From: a virus
DNA length: 43,053 nt
Virus record (IMG/VR): IMGVR_UViG_3300038829_000108
Coordinates: 1 to 43,053 of that record
Strand: one strand, 5' to 3'
Numbering within the stretch: the first letter of the stretch is position 1; every line of letters begins with the position of its first letter. Positions 15,417 through 22,317 of this stretch are shown one piece after another. The notes beneath the pieces are model-generated. The model ran no database searches, was not told the origin of the DNA, and saw only the letters and a program-made list of their open reading frames with translations. A program made the position numbers and the translations under genes.

Positions 15417-15903
15417 CGTCTAAATCTCCCATCAACTTCAATGCCATCTTGCGGTCTTGATGACTCTTCGCATCAGGCTTCACAGCCACAGCCACCATCG
15501 CAGTAATGATCTCTGCGCGATGTTTCCACAAAGGACTCCCCTGTAGTTTATGCACCATCTGATCAATCAAAGGATTTTTATTGCGCCATGTGACGATTGC
15601 TCGATCACTTGAAAGTCCCAGGTGAAAGCGCGCAAGCTCATCTTGTGTTTTGGGTTCTCTTCCCCCTTTGGGCGTCGAAGCCCATGCAATGTACGCCGCA
15701 ACCCTCCAGGGCCATCCGCCCTTATACAACTCCAGATAATCTTCCAACCAGCGCGGAGCGCCAGCCCTGCCATACAACAACTCAAGAGCCTTGCGTGCAA
15801 CATTGCTCTTCTCTTTTGCATCCTCAGGTGATTGTGATTCATCTTCTGGTTCTGCAATGTCCAGATTCAACGACAACTGATAAACAGGTTTTACGATTGG
15901 CAT
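15406..15903 (-). CDS. TerS-like HTH protein (paralog of the terminase small subunit)
   Basis: 165 aa. It shares MPI-P-YQL-LNLD, WP-RVAA and PKTQD-LA..LG-SSDR..WR-KNP-ID-MV with ORF 10353..11126. Confidence 0.7.
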   Translation of the reverse strand: MPIVKPVYQLSLNLDIAEPEDESQSPEDAKEKSNVARKALELLYGRAGAPRWLEDYLELYKGGWPWRVAAYIAWASTPKGGREPKTQDELARFHLGLSSDRAIVTWRNKNPLIDQMVHKLQGSPLWKHRAEIITAMVAVAVKPDAKSHQDRKMALKLMGDLDDDE

Positions 15904-15954
15904 TCGATACTCCTATCTCCCCCGCCCGAAGGGATAATGACGCCCGCTTAAATG

Positions 15955-15996
15955 CGAACGTCCAGCGTGGGAGCGGGCCCGCACGCCAGACGTTCG
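15955..15996 (-). other. 5' leader stem-loop of the middle operon
   Basis: Imperfect palindrome CGAACGTC...GACGTTCG starting at about the predicted transcription start. Confidence 0.45.
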
Positions 15997-16003
15997 TAAA
16001 ATG

Positions 16004-16032
16004 ATTTTAGAACGCTCGTTCTATTTTGTCAA
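16004..16032 (-). promoter_or_regulatory. Sigma70 consensus promoter (middle operon) with a palindromic spacer
   Basis: TTGACA (16032-16027), 17-nt spacer containing GAACG-AG-CGTTC, TAAAAT (16009-16004). It shares CTTGACAAAATA with the cro promoter. Confidence 0.75.
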
Positions 16033-16120
16033 GCCTAACGGCTTGCGTGAGCGGCGGACGGAACAACTGTCAGAATAACCGTGTGAGTCATTCCGTCCGC
16101 TCCACGCATTTGTTAGCCGC
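16033..16120. repeat. Long imperfect palindrome abutting the -35 element
   Basis: The core is GCGGACGGAA - 27 nt - TTCCGTCCGC. Further paired blocks GCGTG/CACGC and CTAAC/GTTAG extend it. Confidence 0.7.
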
Positions 16121-16124
16121 GTTA

Positions 16125-16322
16125 TTATTTATGTGGATGAATTACAACATCATCGAATGGGAGTTCTTCGATTGCGACTGATTCGGAAACAACAATCATT
16201 TCAGCCGTTCCCAAAGAAATTGGAATGATCGGGGAAAAATCTTCTGGGTGCATATCTTTGTATTCGCTCAAACTTTCGTAGTGCTCTATTTGTTTGCCTT
16301 CGTCGCTGATGGTTATGTACAT
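16125..16322 (-). CDS. Hypothetical acidic protein (65 aa)
   Basis: ATG at 16322 follows GGAG. The track start at 16334 is a TTG. Confidence 0.5.
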   Translation of the reverse strand: MYITISDEGKQIEHYESLSEYKDMHPEDFSPIIPISLGTAEMIVVSESVAIEELPFDDVVIHPHK

Positions 16323-16372
16323 AATATTCTCCAAGTGCCATTTGAACAGCCAGAGCGGGCTAACGGTTTGCG

Positions 16373-16735
16373 TTACCCGCTAATGACGGCGGGCTTGGAT
16401 TCACTGTCAGATTTGGCGTGCCCGTCATTAGTCGGGTGCACGCTTTGTTGGGCGCTGGCAATGTCTTGCAAAATTACCGCTGCCCGTGTTCGTAGACCTT
16501 CATACAACGAAAGATAATTGCTGTCGCTGTACGGTGTATAACTCACTTCGGTGAGAAACTCGATTAGGGTTGCATTCAAATTAGCAACGCCAACATTCGC
16601 AAGAGCAAGTTCGATTTTGTGTTTGCGAAGCGTTTCAATTTCATCCGCCGCAAATGTCATTGTGTTGCCCCACCCATCATGACCTTCTTCGGCTATCTCT
16701 TGCGCTTGATTTCTTAGCAATACGACAATATCCAT
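16373..16735 (-). CDS. Hypothetical protein (120 aa)
   Basis: ATG at 16735 follows AAGGAG inside a duplicated translation-initiation block. Confidence 0.6.
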   Translation of the reverse strand: MDIVVLLRNQAQEIAEEGHDGWGNTMTFAADEIETLRKHKIELALANVGVANLNATLIEFLTEVSYTPYSDSNYLSLYEGLRTRAAVILQDIASAQQSVHPTNDGHAKSDSESKPAVISG

Positions 16736-16801
16736 GCGATTTACTCCTTGCGCCACGAAACGCCCAACGGCGAGCATTACCTGCGCCGCGATTTTATTAG
16801 A

Positions 16802-17128
16802 CTACTCAATTTCAGCCGCAGACTTAGCGGCGTCAGGTGCATGCAATGTTGGGCGCGTTGATGGTTTCAAATACACATTGCCGCCAAACATTGCGTTTAC
16901 ACGCTCAATATCCCAGCCTTGCGGAATTGGAAATGATCGTTCCCATATCCAATTATCGCATTCCTCATTTGCCCCAAGAACGAAAATAGTATTATCTTCT
17001 TCAAGGCTTGTGCAAATTTCTGGAAATTCGCCAATGTCAAAATCCGCTTCCGCTTGAATGTCATCGAAGAACTTTCCAAAATCATCTTCGTTATAGTCGC
17101 CGTCTGACGGCTCATAATATGTTGCCAT
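16802..17128 (-). CDS. Hypothetical acidic protein (108 aa)
   Basis: ATG at 17128 follows AAAGGAG inside a duplicated translation-initiation block. Confidence 0.6.
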   Translation of the reverse strand: MATYYEPSDGDYNEDDFGKFFDDIQAEADFDIGEFPEICTSLEEDNTIFVLGANEECDNWIWERSFPIPQGWDIERVNAMFGGNVYLKPSTRPTLHAPDAAKSAAEIE

Positions 17129-17161
17129 GCGATTTACTCCTTTGCGCCACGAAGCGCCCAA

Positions 17162-17404
17162 CTATGATTTAACCAGCATGTCCATATCTAGACATGCCTT
17201 CGCCAGCATTGCTGCCACACTACGACAATGAGGCATCCAAAAGCCCTCATCCACGACAATCTCAACAGTCGTTGAGCGTACCCGCCGTGATGGGTTTCCG
17301 CGATAACGCACAACTATCAACTTTTCTCCAAACCTCCTCACTAAATTTTCCGTACCTGCGTCGCCAGGTCGTAGAGTTTTCAAAACATGACCAGTTTTTT
17401 TCAT
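17162..17404 (-). CDS. Hypothetical protein (80 aa)
   Basis: ATG at 17404 lies 1 nt after the upstream TGA, with AAGG upstream. An alternative ATG at 17425 has no RBS. Confidence 0.55.
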   Translation of the reverse strand: MKKTGHVLKTLRPGDAGTENLVRRFGEKLIVVRYRGNPSRRVRSTTVEIVVDEGFWMPHCRSVAAMLAKACLDMDMLVKS

Positions 17405-17405
17405 T

Positions 17406-17729
17406 TCATACCTTGCCGCCTTCATGCAATGGCATAATCAGATTGATAGCGATCTTCTTATCAATCCACCAGGTGCGTTTCGCGCCACAAATCTCACATT
17501 CAATATCATGCACGGTTCCCTCGGCAAGTCCCATTGTTTTTATTAGCGGCAATACAAGGGTCTTGCCTTTAAAATCCCCACCTGGGGCAAACGTCTCGCG
17601 GAACAACAACAAACGCTCCACAGCATCCCCGCGCTCAAGCCCTGACAAGATAATCCCAAGCGCATGGCCATCATGCCTCTTGCACATCCACAACTTCCCA
17701 GCTCGTCCGTCCGTCAAAATTCCGTCCAT
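17406..17729 (-). CDS. Hypothetical protein with a C-terminal CxxC (107 aa)
   Basis: AAAGGAG RBS. Confidence 0.6.
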   Translation of the reverse strand: MDGILTDGRAGKLWMCKRHDGHALGIILSGLERGDAVERLLLFRETFAPGGDFKGKTLVLPLIKTMGLAEGTVHDIECEICGAKRTWWIDKKIAINLIMPLHEGGKV

Positions 17730-17771
17730 TGAAATTCTCCTTTCAACTTTGACAATTATCCAACTCAGTCA

Positions 17772-18626
17772 TCATTGACCACCGTCCCCTTGCGGCATCT
17801 CACTCCACTCACGCCCATCCAGCACACGCCCAGCCATTCCCTTTCCAACACAGCACATCATTGTGCCATCCCAATCAATGGGTTTATGCCGAAATGTAGT
17901 GCTATCGGTAATCCACGGCAAATGATCCATCGGAGCCCAATCTCCCCATTGCTTGAAAAAGAAAGGAATATCATTCGCCGTGCAAAAATCACGCGCAGAT
18001 CTCGCCCAATTCGGGTGCATGATTCGCGCCCGCGCTCCGCTCTCTCCGCCACATACAAGTTGATTCAAAAACTCCCATCCTTTCCAATCAACCTTACTCA
18101 AAGCAGGTTCGTAACTCACCCATGTTTTCCAGCCCATCTCACTGACCTCGCTAAAATCAGCCCAACGTTCTTCTGCGCGTTTGTCGTTCTCGATACTAAC
18201 GCCCAGATAAACATTTTCAAGCGGTTCAATTCGTGAAGTCAAGCCCTGAATAAAACCCATCATTCGCCGCGGTCTCTTTGTCAAAACCTGATAGGTATGC
18301 TTTCTCGTTTCGCGCATGATCTCAAACACCTTGAGCAAATATTCATCTGACACGTCATCGTGAAACAGATCGCCCATATACTCGACCAACACGCGCTGGG
18401 GCTTACGCCACTTCAAAGGTTCGCCCAAACGTTCTGGAATCAATGTAATCTTCCCCGTCCAATGACCGCGAGCATCTACCACATCCTGATATTCAGGTCG
18501 CCCCATCGCCCGCAGCCGCTTTGCCATCGCCGCAGCCCAGCAATTCACGCAACCTTCGCTCTTGATCGCGCATCCCGCCAGCGGATTCCAAGTCCGATCA
18601 CCATATTCAATATTTGTTTTACTCAT
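17772..18626 (-). CDS. Phage Gp37/Gp68-family protein (DUF5131)
   Basis: N-terminal signature TWNPLAGCAIKSEGCVNCWA. Confidence 0.75.
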   Translation of the reverse strand: MSKTNIEYGDRTWNPLAGCAIKSEGCVNCWAAAMAKRLRAMGRPEYQDVVDARGHWTGKITLIPERLGEPLKWRKPQRVLVEYMGDLFHDDVSDEYLLKVFEIMRETRKHTYQVLTKRPRRMMGFIQGLTSRIEPLENVYLGVSIENDKRAEERWADFSEVSEMGWKTWVSYEPALSKVDWKGWEFLNQLVCGGESGARARIMHPNWARSARDFCTANDIPFFFKQWGDWAPMDHLPWITDSTTFRHKPIDWDGTMMCCVGKGMAGRVLDGREWSEMPQGDGGQ

Positions 18627-19017
18627 CGCGCACCTCCATAACAGTCAACTGCTCACGCTTCCACCAAATAATCTCGAAATCATCTAAATACAACTTTCCT
18701 CGATATGTCTTCAGAAAGAAATTGAAAAACTTATCAACGGCGTCATATTCGCTGCCAAAACCGTCACGCTGCGCAAGTCTTCTTATTTCATCCCTGGACA
18801 GCCACTCAGAAAACTCTGGAGACGTGATCGTCATGATCCGCTTCTGTAATGGAAGGATCAAGATTGATACAACACCAATGCACGGAGCCTCAGCAAATTT
18901 GAAAGCCTTTTTCGTTCGCAAACCTATGTACATCTGGAGTACGTCCCCAACTTTTGTTGGATGTTTCCTCCGCCTCCGAATCGTATGTCGCTTTGACCCA
19001 TCTAATATCATTGGCAC
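18619..19017 (-). CDS. ASCH-domain protein
   Basis: ILDGSKRHTIRRRR motif. The track start is a GTG at 19017; an ATG is at 19011. Confidence 0.5.
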   Translation of the reverse strand: MPMILDGSKRHTIRRRRKHPTKVGDVLQMYIGLRTKKAFKFAEAPCIGVVSILILPLQKRIMTITSPEFSEWLSRDEIRRLAQRDGFGSEYDAVDKFFNFFLKTYRGKLYLDDFEIIWWKREQLTVMEVRDE

Positions 19018-19058
19018 AAATTAACTTTGAAAGTTATACGCTGGCATCATGTACCTCA

Positions 19059-19090
19059 TTCATCCTTCATAATTCACAATTCATCATTCG
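19059..19090. repeat. Heptad-spaced TTCAT repeats (5 units)
   Basis: TTCATCC TTCATAA TTCACAA TTCATCA TTCG with period 7. The core is the same as in the 21974-22317 iterons. Confidence 0.7.
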
Positions 19091-19142
19091 CCACGTCCCC
19101 TCCCCTACACATGCCTGATGTCCATTTCCGCGCCCACACCCA

Positions 19143-19164
19143 GCGCACGCACGCACGCACGTAC
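19143..19164. repeat. 22-nt alternating purine-pyrimidine tract, mostly (GCAC)n
   Basis: GCGCACGCACGCACGCACGTAC, a Z-DNA-prone composition. Confidence 0.7.
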
Positions 19165-19178
19165 AAAGCGGGGGATTA

Positions 19179-19207
19179 TTGGCGGTTAAATTCATTTTGG
19201 CGGTTAA
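19179..19207. repeat. Two direct copies of TTGGCGGTTAA spaced 18 bp start to start
   Basis: 19179-19189 and 19197-19207, 5 nt downstream of the RHH gene stop. Confidence 0.75.
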
Positions 19208-19211
19208 GAAT

Positions 19212-19487
19212 TCAACTAATCCATGTATCAATGGCATCTTCCAAAGCCTTCACCGCTTCATCGGAATTCTTCGCGCCAGCTTCAACCGCAGCCTGTACTC
19301 CGCTCCCCAACTCCCCATTCAACGCAGATACCAACAACGCCCAAGCCATCGGAGCAGCTTTCTTTTTTTTATTCATCTCAACTACCCAATCCACAGCTTT
19401 CTGCACACGCGGATCAGTAATCGGTTGCGCTACTCTCACATTCAACTCCATGCGCCGCGACGGAATAATATTTTTATGTCTCGCCAT
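19212..19487 (-). CDS. Ribbon-helix-helix-like protein, ParR-like candidate (91 aa)
   Basis: The N-terminal RRMELNVRV strand followed by the helix DPRVQKAVDWVVEM resembles an RHH fold. It lies directly downstream of the ParM-like gene. Confidence 0.4.
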   Translation of the reverse strand: MARHKNIIPSRRMELNVRVAQPITDPRVQKAVDWVVEMNKKKKAAPMAWALLVSALNGELGSGVQAAVEAGAKNSDEAVKALEDAIDTWIS

Positions 19488-19524
19488 CTGATCTCCAAAT
19501 CAAATCCGTTTCACAATCCGTCGA

Positions 19525-20523
19525 CTACTTCATTCGTAGTGCCGCCTTATACAACCCGCGGCTGATTGGCATAATCGGATCGTCGAAAAACACAGCACGC
19601 CCATTGAATTTCTCGGTCAAATGGTTTCGCAATAAGATCGCGCCGCCGCCAACTACAAAGACTTTTGCAAAACGCTCCCACTCCTCACCGCGCCATTTCT
19701 CATTCAAAAAGCGATCAACCTCAGTCCACCACGCATCGAGAAACGGATTTACGCTGAACTGCTCAGGCAACTCGTCCGATTGTAGTAACTCGCTCCATTC
19801 CCCAAAATAATAGCGGTCATGCGGATCAGAAACAGATTTCAACCAGCGCACCCCAATCGGCTTACCGCCGCAATAACGACGTGTATCAATATCCTTCCAC
19901 GTCACCTGTGTTTCGACAGTTGACGAACCAATTGAAATAGCGCCATTCTCGCGCTTCATTACCTGCGCCCTTGCATCGTCAATTGGGTTCCCATCCATTC
20001 CAAAGACATAATCCGTCTGCACGCCAAAAGCCTGCGGGGCAAGCCCAACCTTCACAATCGTCGCGGACATATTTGTCCCGTCCGCCAGCCACTCATGCAA
20101 CCCGCCAATCCAACCCTTAATCTGGCGATTCCATTTATCAACCTGCCCTTTATCTCCATCCAACAATTGATATGGCAAACCAACTACTACCTCAATCGGC
20201 TCTGAATAATCCACGCCAAATTTGCGCTGATATGCCGTCAATGCCCCCGCTAAAATTGCACGCATCTCAATGGTGGCATTCGTCAATTGATCCATCGAAA
20301 AGTTTTCCAACGGTTGAATTCCCGCGCGGTGTGCATTATGACCAACGAACAATTCATGTCCATCCATCTCAACCAGCATCGGTCGATTTTTCTTCGAGCG
20401 GCTTACCAACTCCGCGCTATTCCCGCCAGGCAGCGCCGCCAGACTTGGAAACAAAATGCTTCCAGCCACGCCTGTTATCTTTACTGACGAACGTCCCATA
20501 TCCACACCAAGTTTTATATTCAT
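19525..20523 (-). CDS. Actin-fold ParM/StbA-like ATPase
   Basis: Actin-fold motif series: GVDMGRSSVK (phosphate 1), VVVGLP, AISIGSSTVE (phosphate 2), VFVVGGGA (adenosine). Confidence 0.6.
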   Translation of the reverse strand: MNIKLGVDMGRSSVKITGVAGSILFPSLAALPGGNSAELVSRSKKNRPMLVEMDGHELFVGHNAHRAGIQPLENFSMDQLTNATIEMRAILAGALTAYQRKFGVDYSEPIEVVVGLPYQLLDGDKGQVDKWNRQIKGWIGGLHEWLADGTNMSATIVKVGLAPQAFGVQTDYVFGMDGNPIDDARAQVMKRENGAISIGSSTVETQVTWKDIDTRRYCGGKPIGVRWLKSVSDPHDRYYFGEWSELLQSDELPEQFSVNPFLDAWWTEVDRFLNEKWRGEEWERFAKVFVVGGGAILLRNHLTEKFNGRAVFFDDPIMPISRGLYKAALRMK

Positions 20524-20553
20524 GTCATTTCTCCTTTTATATGTTTTGAATTT

Positions 20554-21222
20554 TTACTTACTATCCAACGAACCTTCCATCACCGCTCTGCCTTCTTCGG
20601 TCAACTCAAACCCCTGCCTCTGATCCTTCTCGCTTCGCGGCTTGAGCAATCCCCTGGCTAACATAACTGACCTCAACAGCTTTATCTCTGCCACGGAAAA
20701 CGGTTTACCACCTCCAGACCACGCCCCCTCAGTAAAAGGAATCCCGTTCAACAAACCCTCCGCCAATTTCCGCAACTGGCTATCCGTACATGGCAAACTG
20801 ATCAAGTCCACCTGCAAACTGCCTCCTTCTTTGATGTGATTGACCTGCACCTTCACCAGACGCGGCTCTGTTCTGTGCGAAGTTGAAGACTCAACCACTC
20901 CATCCCCATTCAGATCGCGCTGCATAACCTTTTCCGCAGTCAATACCAGCCAGCGCCGTTGCAGGAATAGCCACGAGAAAAAAGGCATCACTCCGAAAAT
21001 AACCAATGCCACCTTCCATCCACTTGACCATTCAAACACCCATGACAGGATCAATACACCGAACGCAAGAAGTCCGCTTGTGATCATGGCTTGTAACAGC
21101 GGCACCACCACCCCTGCATTCTGGGTGTGCAAAAACTGACGGTCTGAATAGTGAAGCGTCTCCTGTGGATAAGCTGGGGCAGATTGCGCTTGTGTAACTT
21201 GTGTTTTCTCAAATGTGCTCAT
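20554..21222 (-). CDS. Membrane protein with a cytoplasmic winged-helix-like C-terminal domain (222 aa)
   Basis: Two or three TM segments, then the GIPFTEGAWSGGGKPFSVAEIKLLRSVMLARGLL region. Its start is coupled to the upstream stop. Confidence 0.6.
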   Translation of the reverse strand: MSTFEKTQVTQAQSAPAYPQETLHYSDRQFLHTQNAGVVVPLLQAMITSGLLAFGVLILSWVFEWSSGWKVALVIFGVMPFFSWLFLQRRWLVLTAEKVMQRDLNGDGVVESSTSHRTEPRLVKVQVNHIKEGGSLQVDLISLPCTDSQLRKLAEGLLNGIPFTEGAWSGGGKPFSVAEIKLLRSVMLARGLLKPRSEKDQRQGFELTEEGRAVMEGSLDSK

Positions 21223-21845
21223 TTCTCCTCCGCATCGATGATCAACGGTTGCACCATCGCCACACCCGTCGGATCATTGCTTTTACTTGCGGCGCTTGCC
21301 AAAACTCCAACGTGCCGAATCGCTCCTGCAGTCTGTATCATCAATCTGTCAGGTTCGTTGCGCGTGTTGAGCAAGAGCGTCGTATTCGTATTCGGGTCCG
21401 TCAGCGAAACGATCCCTTTACCCGCATATTCAAGCACCAACGGATATTGACCAGTTGACTTATCCAAATAAATAAGTTGCGCCTTCACCATCGCCGCGCG
21501 CGCCACCGCTTTCCCACTCCCATAAATGGCAATGCTTCCGCTTGCGCCAACAGACAGGATCACGATCACCAGCGAGATAGTAATGGCGATCCCGCTCCAA
21601 TATGTGACCATCTCCATCGCATGTTTTTTATTCTCAAGCGCCGCATCTTTCACTTCCTGCTCCCGCTCTGCATTCTGGATCGCAATCTCATCCAGCTTGA
21701 TCTGCTGCTCACGCGTGCGGGTCGCATCCATCGCTTGTTGCTCCGCTTCGATATGCATCACATCCGCCTTGGCAACATCCTTCGGGTTTGGCGCACAGCC
21801 AGCCAATGCCAGGGAAACCAATAATACAAATAGAACCTTTTTCAT
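21219..21845 (-). CDS. Lipoprotein with a coiled coil and an internal TM segment (208 aa)
   Basis: ATG at 21845 follows GGAGG. MKKVLFVLLVSLALAGC matches a lipobox. Confidence 0.65.
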   Translation of the reverse strand: MKKVLFVLLVSLALAGCAPNPKDVAKADVMHIEAEQQAMDATRTREQQIKLDEIAIQNAEREQEVKDAALENKKHAMEMVTYWSGIAITISLVIVILSVGASGSIAIYGSGKAVARAAMVKAQLIYLDKSTGQYPLVLEYAGKGIVSLTDPNTNTTLLLNTRNEPDRLMIQTAGAIRHVGVLASAASKSNDPTGVAMVQPLIIDAEEK

Positions 21846-21856
21846 TGTGCCTCCAT

Positions 21857-21952
21857 TCATTGAAAAAATATCAAATACAGAGCCAGTCCGCTAAAAAAAC
21901 ACGCACCAATCATCAACACCAACGTAATCAAATACAATTTTCTATCGTCCAT
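21857..21952 (-). CDS. Small hydrophobic protein (31 aa, below the ORF-track cutoff)
   Basis: AAGGAG lies 8 nt upstream of the ATG. The sequence is MDDRKLYLITLVLMIGACFFSGLALYLIFFQ. Confidence 0.5.
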   Translation of the reverse strand: MDDRKLYLITLVLMIGACFFSGLALYLIFFQ

Positions 21953-21973
21953 CTTATAAAATCTCCTTTCTCG

Positions 21974-22317
21974 ATGAACCAAATGAACCTAGTTAATGAA
22001 CCTGACCGTCATTCCGCTTCATTTTCACTTCATAAACTCACTGCCGTAATAGGCGATGTTTTCAAAAAACGATTAAATATCTTTACTTCATAAAGGTTCA
22101 TAAGGTTCATTAAATATGCGCTCGGATTGGTTTTCACCCCACCCAAAACGCCTCCACGCCAGTCAAAAACCAATTTAATGAAGCAAATGAACCTTTATGA
22201 ACCTAAAAACAGGGTTCCGTACCGTTCATTTGAAAAAAAATCGCGCATATTTTTTCCTAATGCCGTATGCCCCCCTTTTTGCTTCATAAGCTTCATAAGG
22301 TTCATTAATCCATTCAT
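21974..22317. repeat. Iteron array: about 17 copies of ATGAA(C/G)C / G(G/C)TTCAT in alternating oriented triplets
   Basis: Plus-strand ATGAACC at 21974, 21983, 21996, 22187 and 22197; ATGAAGC at 22178. Inverted copies (G/C)(G/C)TTCAT at 22016, 22028, 22086, 22095, 22104, 22223, 22281, 22290, 22299 and 22311. Spacing within clusters is 9-13 bp. Confidence 0.85.

Noticed and set aside
16033-16120. tRNA or tmRNA-like gene in the long palindrome (and elsewhere in non-coding gaps)
   Set aside because: There is no cloverleaf arrangement, no T-loop GTTCGAAT-type motif and no acceptor/CCA context. The structure is a simple long imperfect hairpin.
22231-22260. AAAAAAT-ATGCGCG-ATTTTTT hairpin as the primase operon terminator
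   Set aside because: The stem is made only of A:T pairs and is embedded in the iteron array. That is too weak to call.
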